Positions 34,701-44,537 of a stretch of 64,000 nt of DNA are shown here, one piece after another; within the stretch, counting starts at the first letter, position 1; every line of letters starts with the position of its first letter. Source of the DNA: Saccostrea cucullata (taxonomy: Eukaryota). The position numbers were made by a program, and so were the translations under genes. Location of the stretch: NCBI RefSeq assembly GCF_032062105.1, contig NW_026927880.1, positions 62,001 to 126,000 of the forward strand, read 5' to 3'. The notes beneath the pieces were generated by a model. The model saw only the letters and a program-made list of their open reading frames with translations. It did not search any database and was not told where the DNA came from.

Positions 34701-35354
34701 CACATTTTTAGCATGTGATTGTTGTAATTTTCTTTTTCAGGATTAGGATATTCCCACCCATTTGAAATCAAGAGTTAGCTTTATTCATAAATCATATTTA
34801 CATACATGTATATGCATGTACATAACTGCATGTCGGAAATTGAACATAACCACTTTATTGTCCCAAAATTCATTTTTATAATGAATTTTACTGAAACGAC
34901 TTTATTACACATATATCATACTACGCCTTATAAAAAAGTTAAATTGTCAAAGTCTGGCAAAAATAAGCAATAACTGCTTCGATAAACCAATATTACAATT
35001 ACAATGTATATAACTCATAACCCTGAACTGTATACAGATTGTGCTTATTGTTTACAGGTTTATTTATTCTATGCTTATTTACTGCTTTATAAACATGATT
35101 CAACTTCTTTTTCAGCACTAATTCTTAACAAAATTTAACTTAAATTAATAATGTACAATGATCTAATTGAATAAACATGTTAAAGTATTCAATATGATTT
35201 TATTTTATATGCAGTTGACTTCAAATTTTATTTTTACCGAATTGCATCGTTTTTAGCTAATATTTGAATGTTATATTGATACTATTATATGTATATAACA
35301 GATGTGTTTGTTATTCCAGATAAAGGCAAAGAAGAGGAGGCACAGAAATCATGA
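18879..35354 (+). CDS. ODAD4: Tetratricopeptide repeat protein 25 / outer dynein arm docking complex subunit 4, with a long charged C-terminal tail (about 1009 aa if all exons are used)
   Basis: Exons: 18879-19013, 19281-19412, 19538-19691, 20052-20113, [21020-21034], [21686-21694], 22303-22471, 22777-22989, 23236-23443, 23599-23685, 24423-24619, 24938-25162, 25479-25544, 31761-31808, 32023-32916, 33276-33545, 33971-34081, 35320-35354. TTC25-type peptides: [95 protein letters not shown]. The tail exons are less certain than the TPR core. Confidence 0.9.
25828..27356 (+). CDS. LINE ORF1: coiled coil, SGNH/GDSL esterase-like domain and two CCHC zinc knuckles; one frameshift near 27086-27091
   Basis: SGNH blocks IIGSS, RGA and GGND lie in ORF 25828-27159. 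[19 protein letters not shown] and [14 protein letters not shown] lie in the -1 frame (27018-27356). First ATG at 25858. Confidence 0.85.
27357..30584 (+). CDS. LINE ORF2: APE endonuclease plus reverse transcriptase, uninterrupted
   Basis: APE motifs NLNV, LCETFL, GGG, YRPP, GDLN, LIDH, SDH. RT motifs [38 protein letters not shown]. The frame is open from 27357; the first ATG is at 27618. Confidence 0.95.
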   Translation, partial: ETGNERNAVKQNRENTDLIVSHNFFSPVNNNKYSILYNLCDDCNNVDCTCNPYLFTPKIFKKCLNAQNKSSNCSTDLNSPSELTDTCMNKVNTFSNLQQTNLKNSSPKSDTQNKIKQNICKSNLGLMKKGLHFVNLNVCHILPKFDELVLYLQDELYIDIFSLCETFLNENINDCMINIKGYCFERKDRVGKAGGGLVTFISNELKYKRRKDLEISNIETMWLEINLKNSKPILYCSVYRPPSAPSCWVDDFVQELQCATCCDDQEVIIAGDLNIDMLKEPPRSWSSAIVDFGLTQLINTPTRITNSSKTLIDHFYTTHPANICEIAVPPVAMSDHYPICATRRSNSMQRKGKHTEIQYRDFKNFNETDFLLDLNNANFDELIQLHDPNDILNCFYDIFNAVINKHAKVKTKRVKSEIRTKWLTPEINNARNLRDQYHKQGDMENFKLWRNKVTYLINNAKSTYYKEVIENSSTSKEMWGHLNHLASKSDKNLYPSNIIYNGLDLDNLQDIANAFNEHFAQIPKKLLNNLSSTTFESDKLKRYTESKLGDQDFFKIPLINEEKVSEMLKRLDVNKSAGIDFLGPRLLKLSASVISKPLTHLINSSIIKGSFPSQLKVAKVTPLFKNGNKSDPGNYRPISILPTMSKILEKHVAENIRIFTSHFDLLMKAQSGFREFHSCQTALTKLTDNWLHAIDQGNFVGITYLDFSKAFDLVNHDILIRKLKCYHFDPISIKWFQSYLYDRTQSVKIGAYISESLPVTAGVPQGSILGPLLFLLYINDLPLCVEHCNIDMFADDTTMHFHGNSISHIETTLNHELNQLQKWCQQNQMIINTDKTKCMLMGTQQKKSKLENVNFHLQLSGHTLENVEMHKLLGIHIDHNLQYTCHVDAVCKTLTYKIFTLRKIKKFLPMHTRKLFYNAFILPSILYCLSIWGNCPQTHVDRVYRLQKRAARIILNEKYDTPSMPLFNTLGWLTVYELLYLQKSILMFKILNGMSPDYMHNLFEFQSSGSYTLRSETNSELRLPKYKTNLFKYSLQYSGVIIWNELPISIRNSQSLTIFKKSVTNFLLVKRNGST

Positions 35355-35795
35355 GACAAGAGAAGACAGACTTAGTGAGAATAAAACAAGGAACAAACTA
35401 TCTAAAATATCAGACCTTTATTACAAATGTATTAAATACATGGTTACAAAGATTACGCAATTCTGGCCATTTGTCAAAAAATTATGATATACAATTTTCC
35501 AACTAAAACATAATGAATATAATTTGTATTGCTTTATTAAGTAGTTATAAATTCATGCTATTTATTGGACGCATTTTGAAGGTGCATTTTCTGTATGCCA
35601 GCTATTTTGTTAATTTTTTTCTTTATACTTTATACTTTTTATAGTATATACATTTGATATATGTTTTAAAACTTGTTTATTAACATGTACATGTATTCAA
35701 AATATTGCATGTGCAAAGTCTACGCAATTTGTTAATAAATTTATAAGATTTTACTCTTGTTCTGATTTACTCTTTGGCACAGTTAATTAATTCTT

Positions 35796-38700
35796 TCAAT
35801 AAAATCTGGGGATTCTTTGCTTCAAAGGACATATTTCTGGTTGAATCTTCTCATACAGAGTTTGACTACCATCTGTAATATACAAGAAAGGGCATAGAAT
35901 AGACGAAAGGTCAACCATAATGCTCAGCATGAAGTCTAGAGAAGAATTGTTAACGTTTCAGCTGTCTAGTGTCTATGGTTAAAAAGCTTGTTAAGAAATA
36001 TATTTTGTTTTGTTTTTTATTATAACATGTCATATAGACATAAGACATGTATCTTACACCACTGAGATCCAAAGTAAACAGGACATATCCCCATCCGTGC
36101 TTTGTACTCCGCAAATACAACATTGCCCTGAAAGTGATAGGTTAAAATCTGCAATATATTTTTGGAGTACCTTTGCCCCATTCTTTGCCAGAATCATTGA
36201 AATTTATTGCAGAATACACAGCTCGTGGTAAAAGATTGTACCTACCTTTGTAACCGGAATCTTAATCTTAGACAAGGGAAATACGAGCTCTCCCCCTACT
36301 GTAGAATCCGTAAGCTACAAAACAACACGAAAGTTTTAAAACTTGAAGACTGATGGTTATTTGCCGTACTAAATTGATTAAAATATTTTAATTTACAATA
36401 ATGATTACACAAATATGAAAAAGAGGCTTACAAATGAAATGAAAACTCCCATGACTTGGTCTTTTTGCTACAAAAAAGAAAACAATCTGATAAATATTTT
36501 CTTTACTAATTCATTGCATGGATATCAGTAAAACAGTTGTAAATAAACATGCATTGAGAAAAATTTTACCGCTAGTTCGTTGTTCATCAATTCCCCTTCT
36601 GTTCCAATATTAAACGTCTAGATGCAAGAAGAAATGAACATTTCTTTAAACATGTTGTAAATTGCCTTGAGTTTAAAGAGAAAAAGCCTAATAACTAACA
36701 AGATATAAGATTATTGGAATTAAAACAAGTCCTCTTACCCTGTATGAAAATAAAACTGGGGGGAAGTGACTTAATTTCAATTTGGAGAATTTGGTTTGTA
36801 AATTTGGAATCCATTTCCAATAAGTCGTGTCATAAACTGCTGCACTAGAAAATACGAGATAGGCATTTTTTTGTCAAAACACAAAAAAGTTTGAAAAAAT
36901 AAAAAAAATTAGTAATTTATATACAGAAATCATTTTTGTAGCGTTCTTTCTGCCAGGTTTCGTGGTTTATGTACATACTTGTGTCTCACGTCTGAGTATC
37001 TTCTCACTGTTGAGGCATCCATCAGCTAGAAAAAACATTTAACTTCATTGTATCGATTTAAATGAGGTACATTATTTTGAAGTAATATATCTTATTAAGA
37101 TAGAAACGGTTGTTTTGTACTGGTAAAATGGCCCTCTCCTCGCACCTTTTTGTGTCCCATGTAAGAGATTGCCATGGCAGTTCCATTATCTATCATGTCG
37201 TAAAACACGACAATCAGAGGAGATCGGTTCAATACTTCCGCTCTGACATCAGATTTCATGTATGGAACTGGACTTCTCAAAGGAAAGTACACGCACTTTA
37301 ATCTCGATGATTTTGAAATTATCTAAAAGAATACAATTCATGCGATGAACGTTTTAATTCAACAAAATGATACAGGCTAGTAAAGCCGAAATGAACCTAA
37401 CTCATGAACTCGTGTAAACTTATAGTTATTTGTTAATCAAATGCATTGGTCATAAAATTTTTATGAAATAATAATTCATATAAAAATATACCGTTTTCTC
37501 TTCTGATCTGCAAAGTTCCTCGTACAGTCTCCTGCTCTTCTTTGAAGGTGTTTTTGGTTTTAACTGGGCGGGATTGGCCAAGACTTTGCTGATCTGTAAG
37601 TATTCCAGGTTTCTTTTGGCAGCAGCGTTGCTTGGATCTACATTGTACGATTAACAGTATTCAAATCGGAGCATTTTTTTGTACTTGTAATAAAAATCAC
37701 TAAAAAATCTTTACAAGATCATACCAAAACGAAGCAAGTCTGCTAATGTCGTCTGTGCTTCTTTGATAAAACCAGCCTTAAAAACAATATAAAAATGCAA
37801 ATGGAATATTTTATAAAGAAACCTAAAAAGCAAATCCTTAGGAATTTTCAAAATTATTCAACCTTTATATACCTTAAAATAAGCATTGGATAGCAAATGA
37901 AATACCGCAGCTGCTGATATTTGGTCGTCAATATCAGAGATGCGATTTGCTTTTACTTCATCAACAATGTATTTTAACCACTCAATGGCATAATACATTT
38001 CCTCCTTCTCATAAGATGCTTGTGCAATGTCGAAGGCGTCAGCCAAAGTGAGTTTCTGTAGCGGCTTCGCTTCTGCTATATTTCCATTCATAATCTGATC
38101 TATAGTGAAGCTTTTATACCGCTGCAGAGCAGAAATAGTACTGGCAATGGTATCGAACACGTCTTTACTAGGGACATTGTCCTCTATATTTTGTAATTTT
38201 ACTTTTAATGCTGAAAGGCAATGAAAACTTAAGTCATTTTTCTAAGGAATCTTCCATTCAAATCGAAAAAAATTCTCGAAGCATATAGATGGTATTAGAT
38301 ACACTGGATACTATGCAAATATTGAGAACTTGAAAGTATTATAATGACATATTGAGTACTATAAATAGTATCAGAATTTTAGGAATTGTGCTTAAAAATC
38401 CAACTTCTAGTGAGCAAAATATTTTTATTTGACAGCATGCAAACGTGGTCGAGCTCCATTGATATATGAATATCTGGATTCTTTCGTTACTATTGTTTAT
38501 ATTTTTATAAGTATTCTAACTTTACCTTTCACACATGTATCACTATGTAATATATGTTGTAGAATTTCCCGCCAGTTATGGTAAAGCCGTCTGGTTAAAT
38601 GAAACTGGTTGATGGGATGACTGATATACCCTACTACATTCCTCCCCACGTCTTTATGAATGGCTTTAACGTTTTCAAGCACCCTACAAATAATATATTA

Positions 38701-39013
38701 AATTTCAATATATGTTAATCAAAATTGAAAATTGTTTTCATAAAAATGTTGCACGGACTTCTTTGTGCATTAAAAGTTCTCCAGCTGAAATCACACAACT
38801 TAACAAACCTCTGATCGATACTGACCCCGTTATGTTGGCTAACTGATGGACATCTTCTTCGTGACTCCGTAACTCCTGCTTCACAATCAAATCTGAGAGA
38901 GTCAGAAGTTCCTCTTCCATCCGGAAAAACTTCTCAAAATTCATAACCGTTGTAAGATCCTGAGAAGCCCCAAACGAGAGAGACACAACTAGGAAAATAA
39001 AAACACGAGCCAT
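35796..39013 (-). CDS. Prolyl 4-hydroxylase alpha subunit-like protein, 503 aa, predicted catalytically inactive
   Basis: 13 exons: 39013-38826, 38683-38526, 38210-37873, 37776-37725, 37637-37492, 37322-37146, 37025-36979, 36844-36739, 36617-36570, 36467-36432, 36314-36246, 36127-36058, 35872-35796. They sum to 1512 nt with an open frame. Signal peptide, HPINQFHLTRRL, LTLADAFDIAQASY..YYAIEWL, YEELCR, LKC, PLIVVFYDMI, GGELVFP and CPVYFGSQW follow the P4HA layout. Confidence 0.85.
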
Positions 39014-40391
39014 CTTTATCCCTTAGGTCTATAAGGAGTTATTTGCCACGTGAACATCTGTTGACTCTTAGTTTTCTGAAGATGACGAGGACGACACGTG
39101 TTGCGTTTTGTACACGGTCATTGATTTGGTGTGTCCCTCTTTTACAACGTGATGCGCAACGCTAATCGATGATAGTATTGATGCAGCAGTTCTTCAATCA
39201 GAATAATGCAAGGAAATGATTTGTTCATATATCCCTATATTTGATTATTTGTTGGTTTATCAAACACTATTCGAATAATCACTGATTCAGTTTCTGTACT
39301 TTTTCTTAGAGATGAGCATTCAAGCAAAATATAGGAATACCGTTCTTTCAAATGCACGATTAAGAACAAAGGACAAGATACACGTATGTAGTACTATGTA
39401 CATGTTTATTTGATTCAAAACTTATCACATTTGTCTTTCTCTAACAGATGAGTAAAACAAGGGAATCCATGCAAACATAAATACATGAAAATAAAAGACT
39501 TAAAAATCTATAGAGCATCTTCAGAAGCTGATCATGGTTTCCACACTCATGATATACCAAGTAATCTGTGAAAAGAAATCCTTACTTATAAACAATAAAA
39601 CAATTGGAGATTTTTTAATAAAATCTATAGCCATCTCCGTTGGAAAATCCTACAAATAATAACAGTAAGTTTTTAAAATTTATATGAAAACTTTTTATTG
39701 CATCACCAACCCTCAACCACATTTAAACCATATTTAACCAAAATTGAAGTTGTGTAAAATACAGTTTGGTTGGGGACAAGCTGGTACCCTTTGAACTAGT
39801 ATGAACAAAGTTAAAAAAGTAAAACATGTAATTATAACACTTTTTTTTCTTTGTATCTCTTGTCTAAAACATTTTTTGAATTACCGGCGTGTTATTTGAC
39901 AGAATAAGGATATAAATCCTCTACTGATATGAATTACTTATCCTCTAGAAATAAGAATGAACATTAAACAAGTGTACTTTGGTCCGTTTTTATAGATTTT
40001 TTTTTCATTATACACATTGCAATATGAAATTGGACCACGATATCATTGTGAAACCAAAGCTGCAAAATTTTGAAGGTTTTTGAATACATAGAAACTTGTT
40101 TCTAAAAGAGGAAGTCACGTTGTATTTAATTAACATTAGATGGCTAACGATAAAAAAGTAATTTATTTTACATTGATATTTTGAACGGTATTTAATAAAG
40201 TCAATAAGCATACACAAAACATATTCTCTCTCGAAGGTAGCCCTTTCTTGTCTCTTGAACGTTTTCAATTGGTGATATCAACTTCTTTCTCAGACAGTTG
40301 TATATATTTGTTGAATAAGATATGGGTCTGAAAGTATAGAAAGGTTAAAAGATGATTCGTTTATTCAATGGTCTTTTTGCGTCTTCCTTAA

Positions 40392-40950
40392 GGTATTTCA
40401 TCCTCCTATGATGTCATAGGTTTTTACAAAAACTGTTATTAATTTAAATTCATGGCAAGTAGAACAATTATTTTTTATAAGAATGCTGTTCAAGATGTGC
40501 AATGATAAATATTGTTAAGTAAAAGAATTTAAAAACGGTTATTTACTTTTTAAATCAATTATTCAATCTTTAAAAAAATGCTGACAAGGTCAATAGCTCC
40601 TTCTCAGGTATCTTCATTGAGACATTTTCTTTATCGTACTTCTTATGTAAAATTGTTTTCCTGGTATTCACAATTCAAAATTATCTTAGAAGTAGCAAGT
40701 ATATCGGAACTTTCAGCATCAGAATTATGCATTTGAACCAGTTTTTACATAATGTTTATCATAATATTTACAGAAAAATGTACATTTTTGTTTATGTTGA
40801 CATATACTTCTGTTTATCTATGTGTCCCATCTTAAATGATATGGCGACCTATACATTTTTGGCAATAATTAATAAATTTAAACTATATTAAATGAAAATA
40901 AATGCAGTTTTTGTACTTTGAACCATTAAAATTGTGAGGGTGGAAAAACC
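40392..40950. mobile_element. Kolobok-like non-autonomous element (TTAA TSD, GG..CC termini)
   Basis: TTAA|GGTATTTCATCCTC ... GAGGGTGGAAAAACC|TTAA. It is absent at the orthologous CCTTAA site of repeat copies 2 and 3. Confidence 0.75.
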
Positions 40951-41551
40951 TTAAGAATTCCTCTCTTTCTTTAACGTAAATTGACGAGGTAGTTAACTAT
41001 ATTTTACCTTTTTGTCCTCTCGTTCTGCAGAAAGTATTATTGCATGGTTAATTAAGGGTTAAATGCCATATTCTTTTTTTTAAATGTTCTTTAATTCAAT
41101 CTATACAAAATTGGTTGAAACTTTTGTGAATCGTTCGATATGACCATATTTCGAAGGACAATATTACTTGTTATTGAGGTACTGAAAACAGGAACGCAAC
41201 ATAGCACTCTGAATCAAATTATCATGTAAACCTGTTGTTAAAAAATTTTTTTTTTTTTCCAAATATCGCAGTGGCAAATCTCTCTAGCCCATTACTGTGA
41301 AGCAATATATACCCCTTACCGTCTACCTAACGCATAGACTTGACTCGAGTTTACTGTAGTTTTCAAACGTATTTTTTTTTTGCATTTTAAAGGGTTCATT
41401 TCAATTTTTTTAGGAAGTTTCACTTAAAAGTAATACATATATTCATAACACTTTTTTTCTTTGTATCTCTTGTCTAGCTAAAAAAAAATTGAAATACCGG
41501 TGTGTTATTTGATTGAATAAAGATATTACCTTGACCGATATGAATGACTTG

Positions 41552-42136
41552 CGAGGGTTGGTCGTAAAGTTCGTGGACAACACTGATAAACATTGAAAAA
41601 TACTCGTATATATGAAACTGTTCATTCCGTCCAAAAATCTTACATGTCACTTAAATACTAAAGAACGGCTTCCTTTACTATGTTTTCCGGCTGTTTGCAG
41701 AATTTATGGGTCTCTGTTGCTGTTTTTCCGATGTCTAAACAGAATTTTATCACTGCTCCCTGCTCTACTTTTTCTGGAAACGTCCCTTTTTCTAAAATTG
41801 CCAATTCTGTATCGTTTATTTTGTAAAATTCCGTGGAAAAGATGGCTTTTACAATATATGCGGTTGACAAAGGTTATAGGAGAATTTTACAAAATAAATG
41901 AAATTTATAAAGTGATAAAATAATTATTTATTGATTAAAATTTTGCAGTGCTCTGGGTCACCATCCGAAGTCTAATAAGGAAGCCATAATTGTATTTATA
42001 AATTTGAAGTTGAATATAATTCAAAATTTTGTAATTAACACTTAGTAAAGGATTATAAATGCGTTAATAATAATTATCAATGATACTTCTTTTATTTAAA
42101 ATTTAGCTTGTCCACGAACTTTACGGACAACCCTCG
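41552..42136 (-). mobile_element. Internally deleted mariner element
   Basis: 29-bp TIR CGAGGGTTGGTCGTAAAGTTCGTGGACAA / TTGTCCACGAACTTTACGGACAACCCTCG (2 mismatches). Remnant transposase N-terminus EQGAVIKFCLDIGKTATETH on the - strand. Interrupts a TA site that is intact in copies 1 and 3. Confidence 0.85.
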
Positions 42137-44537
42137 AATTCTTCAGAAATAAAAATGAATGTTAAACACGTGTACTTTGGTCCGTTTTTAAAGATTTTTT
42201 TTTTTCATTCCAGACATTACAAAATGAAATTGGACCATGGTACCATTGTAAGACTAAAGCTGTAATATTTTGAAGTTTTTGAATACATAGAAGTTTGTTT
42301 CTAGAAGAGGAAGTCACGATGTATTTCACTGACATTAGATGGCTGACGATGAAAAATAATAATTTCTTTTGCATTGATATCTTGAACAGCATTTAATAAA
42401 GTCAATAAGCATACACAAAACATACTCTCCCTCAAACGCTGCCCGTTCTTGTCTCAAATATTTTCAACAGGTAATATCAAGAACTTCTTTTCTCAATTGT
42501 ATATAAACCACTGTATGTGTTGAATGAGAATAATATGGACATGAAAGTGTAGAAAGGTTAAAACGTGATTCATTCATTCATTGGCCTTCCTTTGCGTCTT
42601 CCTTAAAAAGCTGCTTACCTCTCTTTCTTTATCGTGAAACAGATGAGGTTGTTTACTATATATTTTACCTTTTTGTCCTCTCATTCTGCAGAAAATATCA
42701 CTGATTAAAGTGTAAATGCCATATTCTTTTTTAAAAATGTTCTTTCAATCCACAAGAAATCTTTGTGAAAATAGCTTGAAACTTCTGTGTATCGTTCCAT
42801 ATGACCATATTTCAAAGGTCAATATTACTGGTCATTGAGATATTGATAATGGGAACGCAATGGACACAGCAATATAAAATATTATCAAATTAACTTGTAA
42901 ACGTGTTAAAAAATGATTTTTTTTTTTCAAATATCGCAGTAGCAAATCCCTACACCAGTACTGTGAAGCCATACCCCTTACCGTCACCATAATGCACATA
43001 CTTCATAACAATCAGGGGAAAAGTAGTTTCCAAAGGTATTTTGTGCATTTTAACGGTTTATATTAAACACCCCCTTTTTCTATCTCTTGTCTAAAACAAT
43101 TTTTGAAATATCGGTATGTTATTTGAGTGAATAAAGATATAATACCTTGGGTGATGTAAATTACTTATTCTCCAGAAATAAAAATGAGCGTTAAATAAGT
43201 GTACTTTGTTCCGTTTTTAAAGAATTTTTTTTTCATTTCAGGCATTACAATATAAATAGGACCAAGCTACCATTGTAAGACCAAAGCTGTAAGATTTTTT
43301 AAGGTTTTGAACACATAGAAATTTGTTTCTAAAAGAGGAAGTCAGGATGTATTTAATTGACATTAGCTGGCTAACGATAAAAATAATTTATTTTAAATCG
43401 ATATCTTGAACATTATTTGATAAAGTCAATAACCATATACAAAACATATTCTCCTTCTAACGTAGCCCTTTCTTGTATCAAACATTTCCAATTAATGATA
43501 TCAAGAACTTCATTATCAGTTGTATAGAAATGGGTGTTGAATAAGATATGGACATGAAAGTAAAGAAAGGTTAAAACATGATTTATTCATTCATTAGTCT
43601 TCTTTTGCGTCTCCCTTAAATAATTGAATTCCTCCTTTTTCTTTCTTGTGAAATTGACGATGTTATTAAATATAGCTGACCTTTTTGTCTTCCTGTTTTA
43701 CAAAAAACATAAATGGTCTAAGCAGCCCGGTTTAAGGGGGGATGCCATATTCTTTTTCTTTATTTTTTTTCAATCTACAAGAAATCCTTGCTGAAATAGC
43801 TTGAAACTTTTATGTGTCGTTCCATATGACCACATTTCTAAGGTCAATATAACTGATCATTTTGATATTGAAAACGGGAACGCAACGTAGCTCCCTGAAT
43901 CATAGAATCAAATCAATATGTACATGTAAACGTGTTGTTAAGATTTTTTTTTCAAATATGGCAGTGGTAAATCTCTTGTCCAGTACATGTATTTGAAGCC
44001 GCCCACCCCTCTTTACTGTCCTGTAGGTAACACTGAAACCATAAACTTCATAACTACAGTGTATATTTGAAAAACCACAATTCAAAACAGTTTTTAAAAG
44101 TAGTCTTTACATTTTAAAGGGTATGTTTCAAATTATTTCAGTAAGTTTAACTTTAAAGCAGCAGTTTCAGTCATTTTTCTTGTAAGTGTTCTAAGAACTT
44201 AGAAGAAAGCCAGTTTTTCTTCAATTAAAAATTAATGCTTGTATCACAAGCCACACGTGATTATTTGTAAAAATATTGACATGAATCAGTTTTACATCAA
44301 TAGAAAATATAACAATAGGAAATTTAAAGGTATATTAAGGCAACATCGCATTGACAGACAACGCTTTCTATAATCGGTTCTGGAGGAGAGTGTTTTAAAT
44401 ACATTCTTTGGTCTACATTTTCATGCTTACTAATAACAAACTTCCCTTTGGGTTTTGAAAAAAGGATACAGTTGCTTAAAGTTGGGTTTCTTGAAAAGAA
44501 AAAAGATGACATTTACTAATATATAATAATTTGTGAA

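Larger units (their letters stand above)
39836..44160. repeat. Three diverged tandem copies of a ~1.05-kb non-coding unit (about 39836-41443, 41444-43065, 43066-44160)
   Basis: Shared ordered landmarks in each copy: TATCTCTTGTCTA, GTGTACTTTG(G/T)TCCGTTTTTA, GAGGAAGTCA, AAAGTCAATAA-CATA-ACAAAACATA, AGAAAGGTTAAA, TATGACCA-ATTT, GGAACGCAA. Confidence 0.9.
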
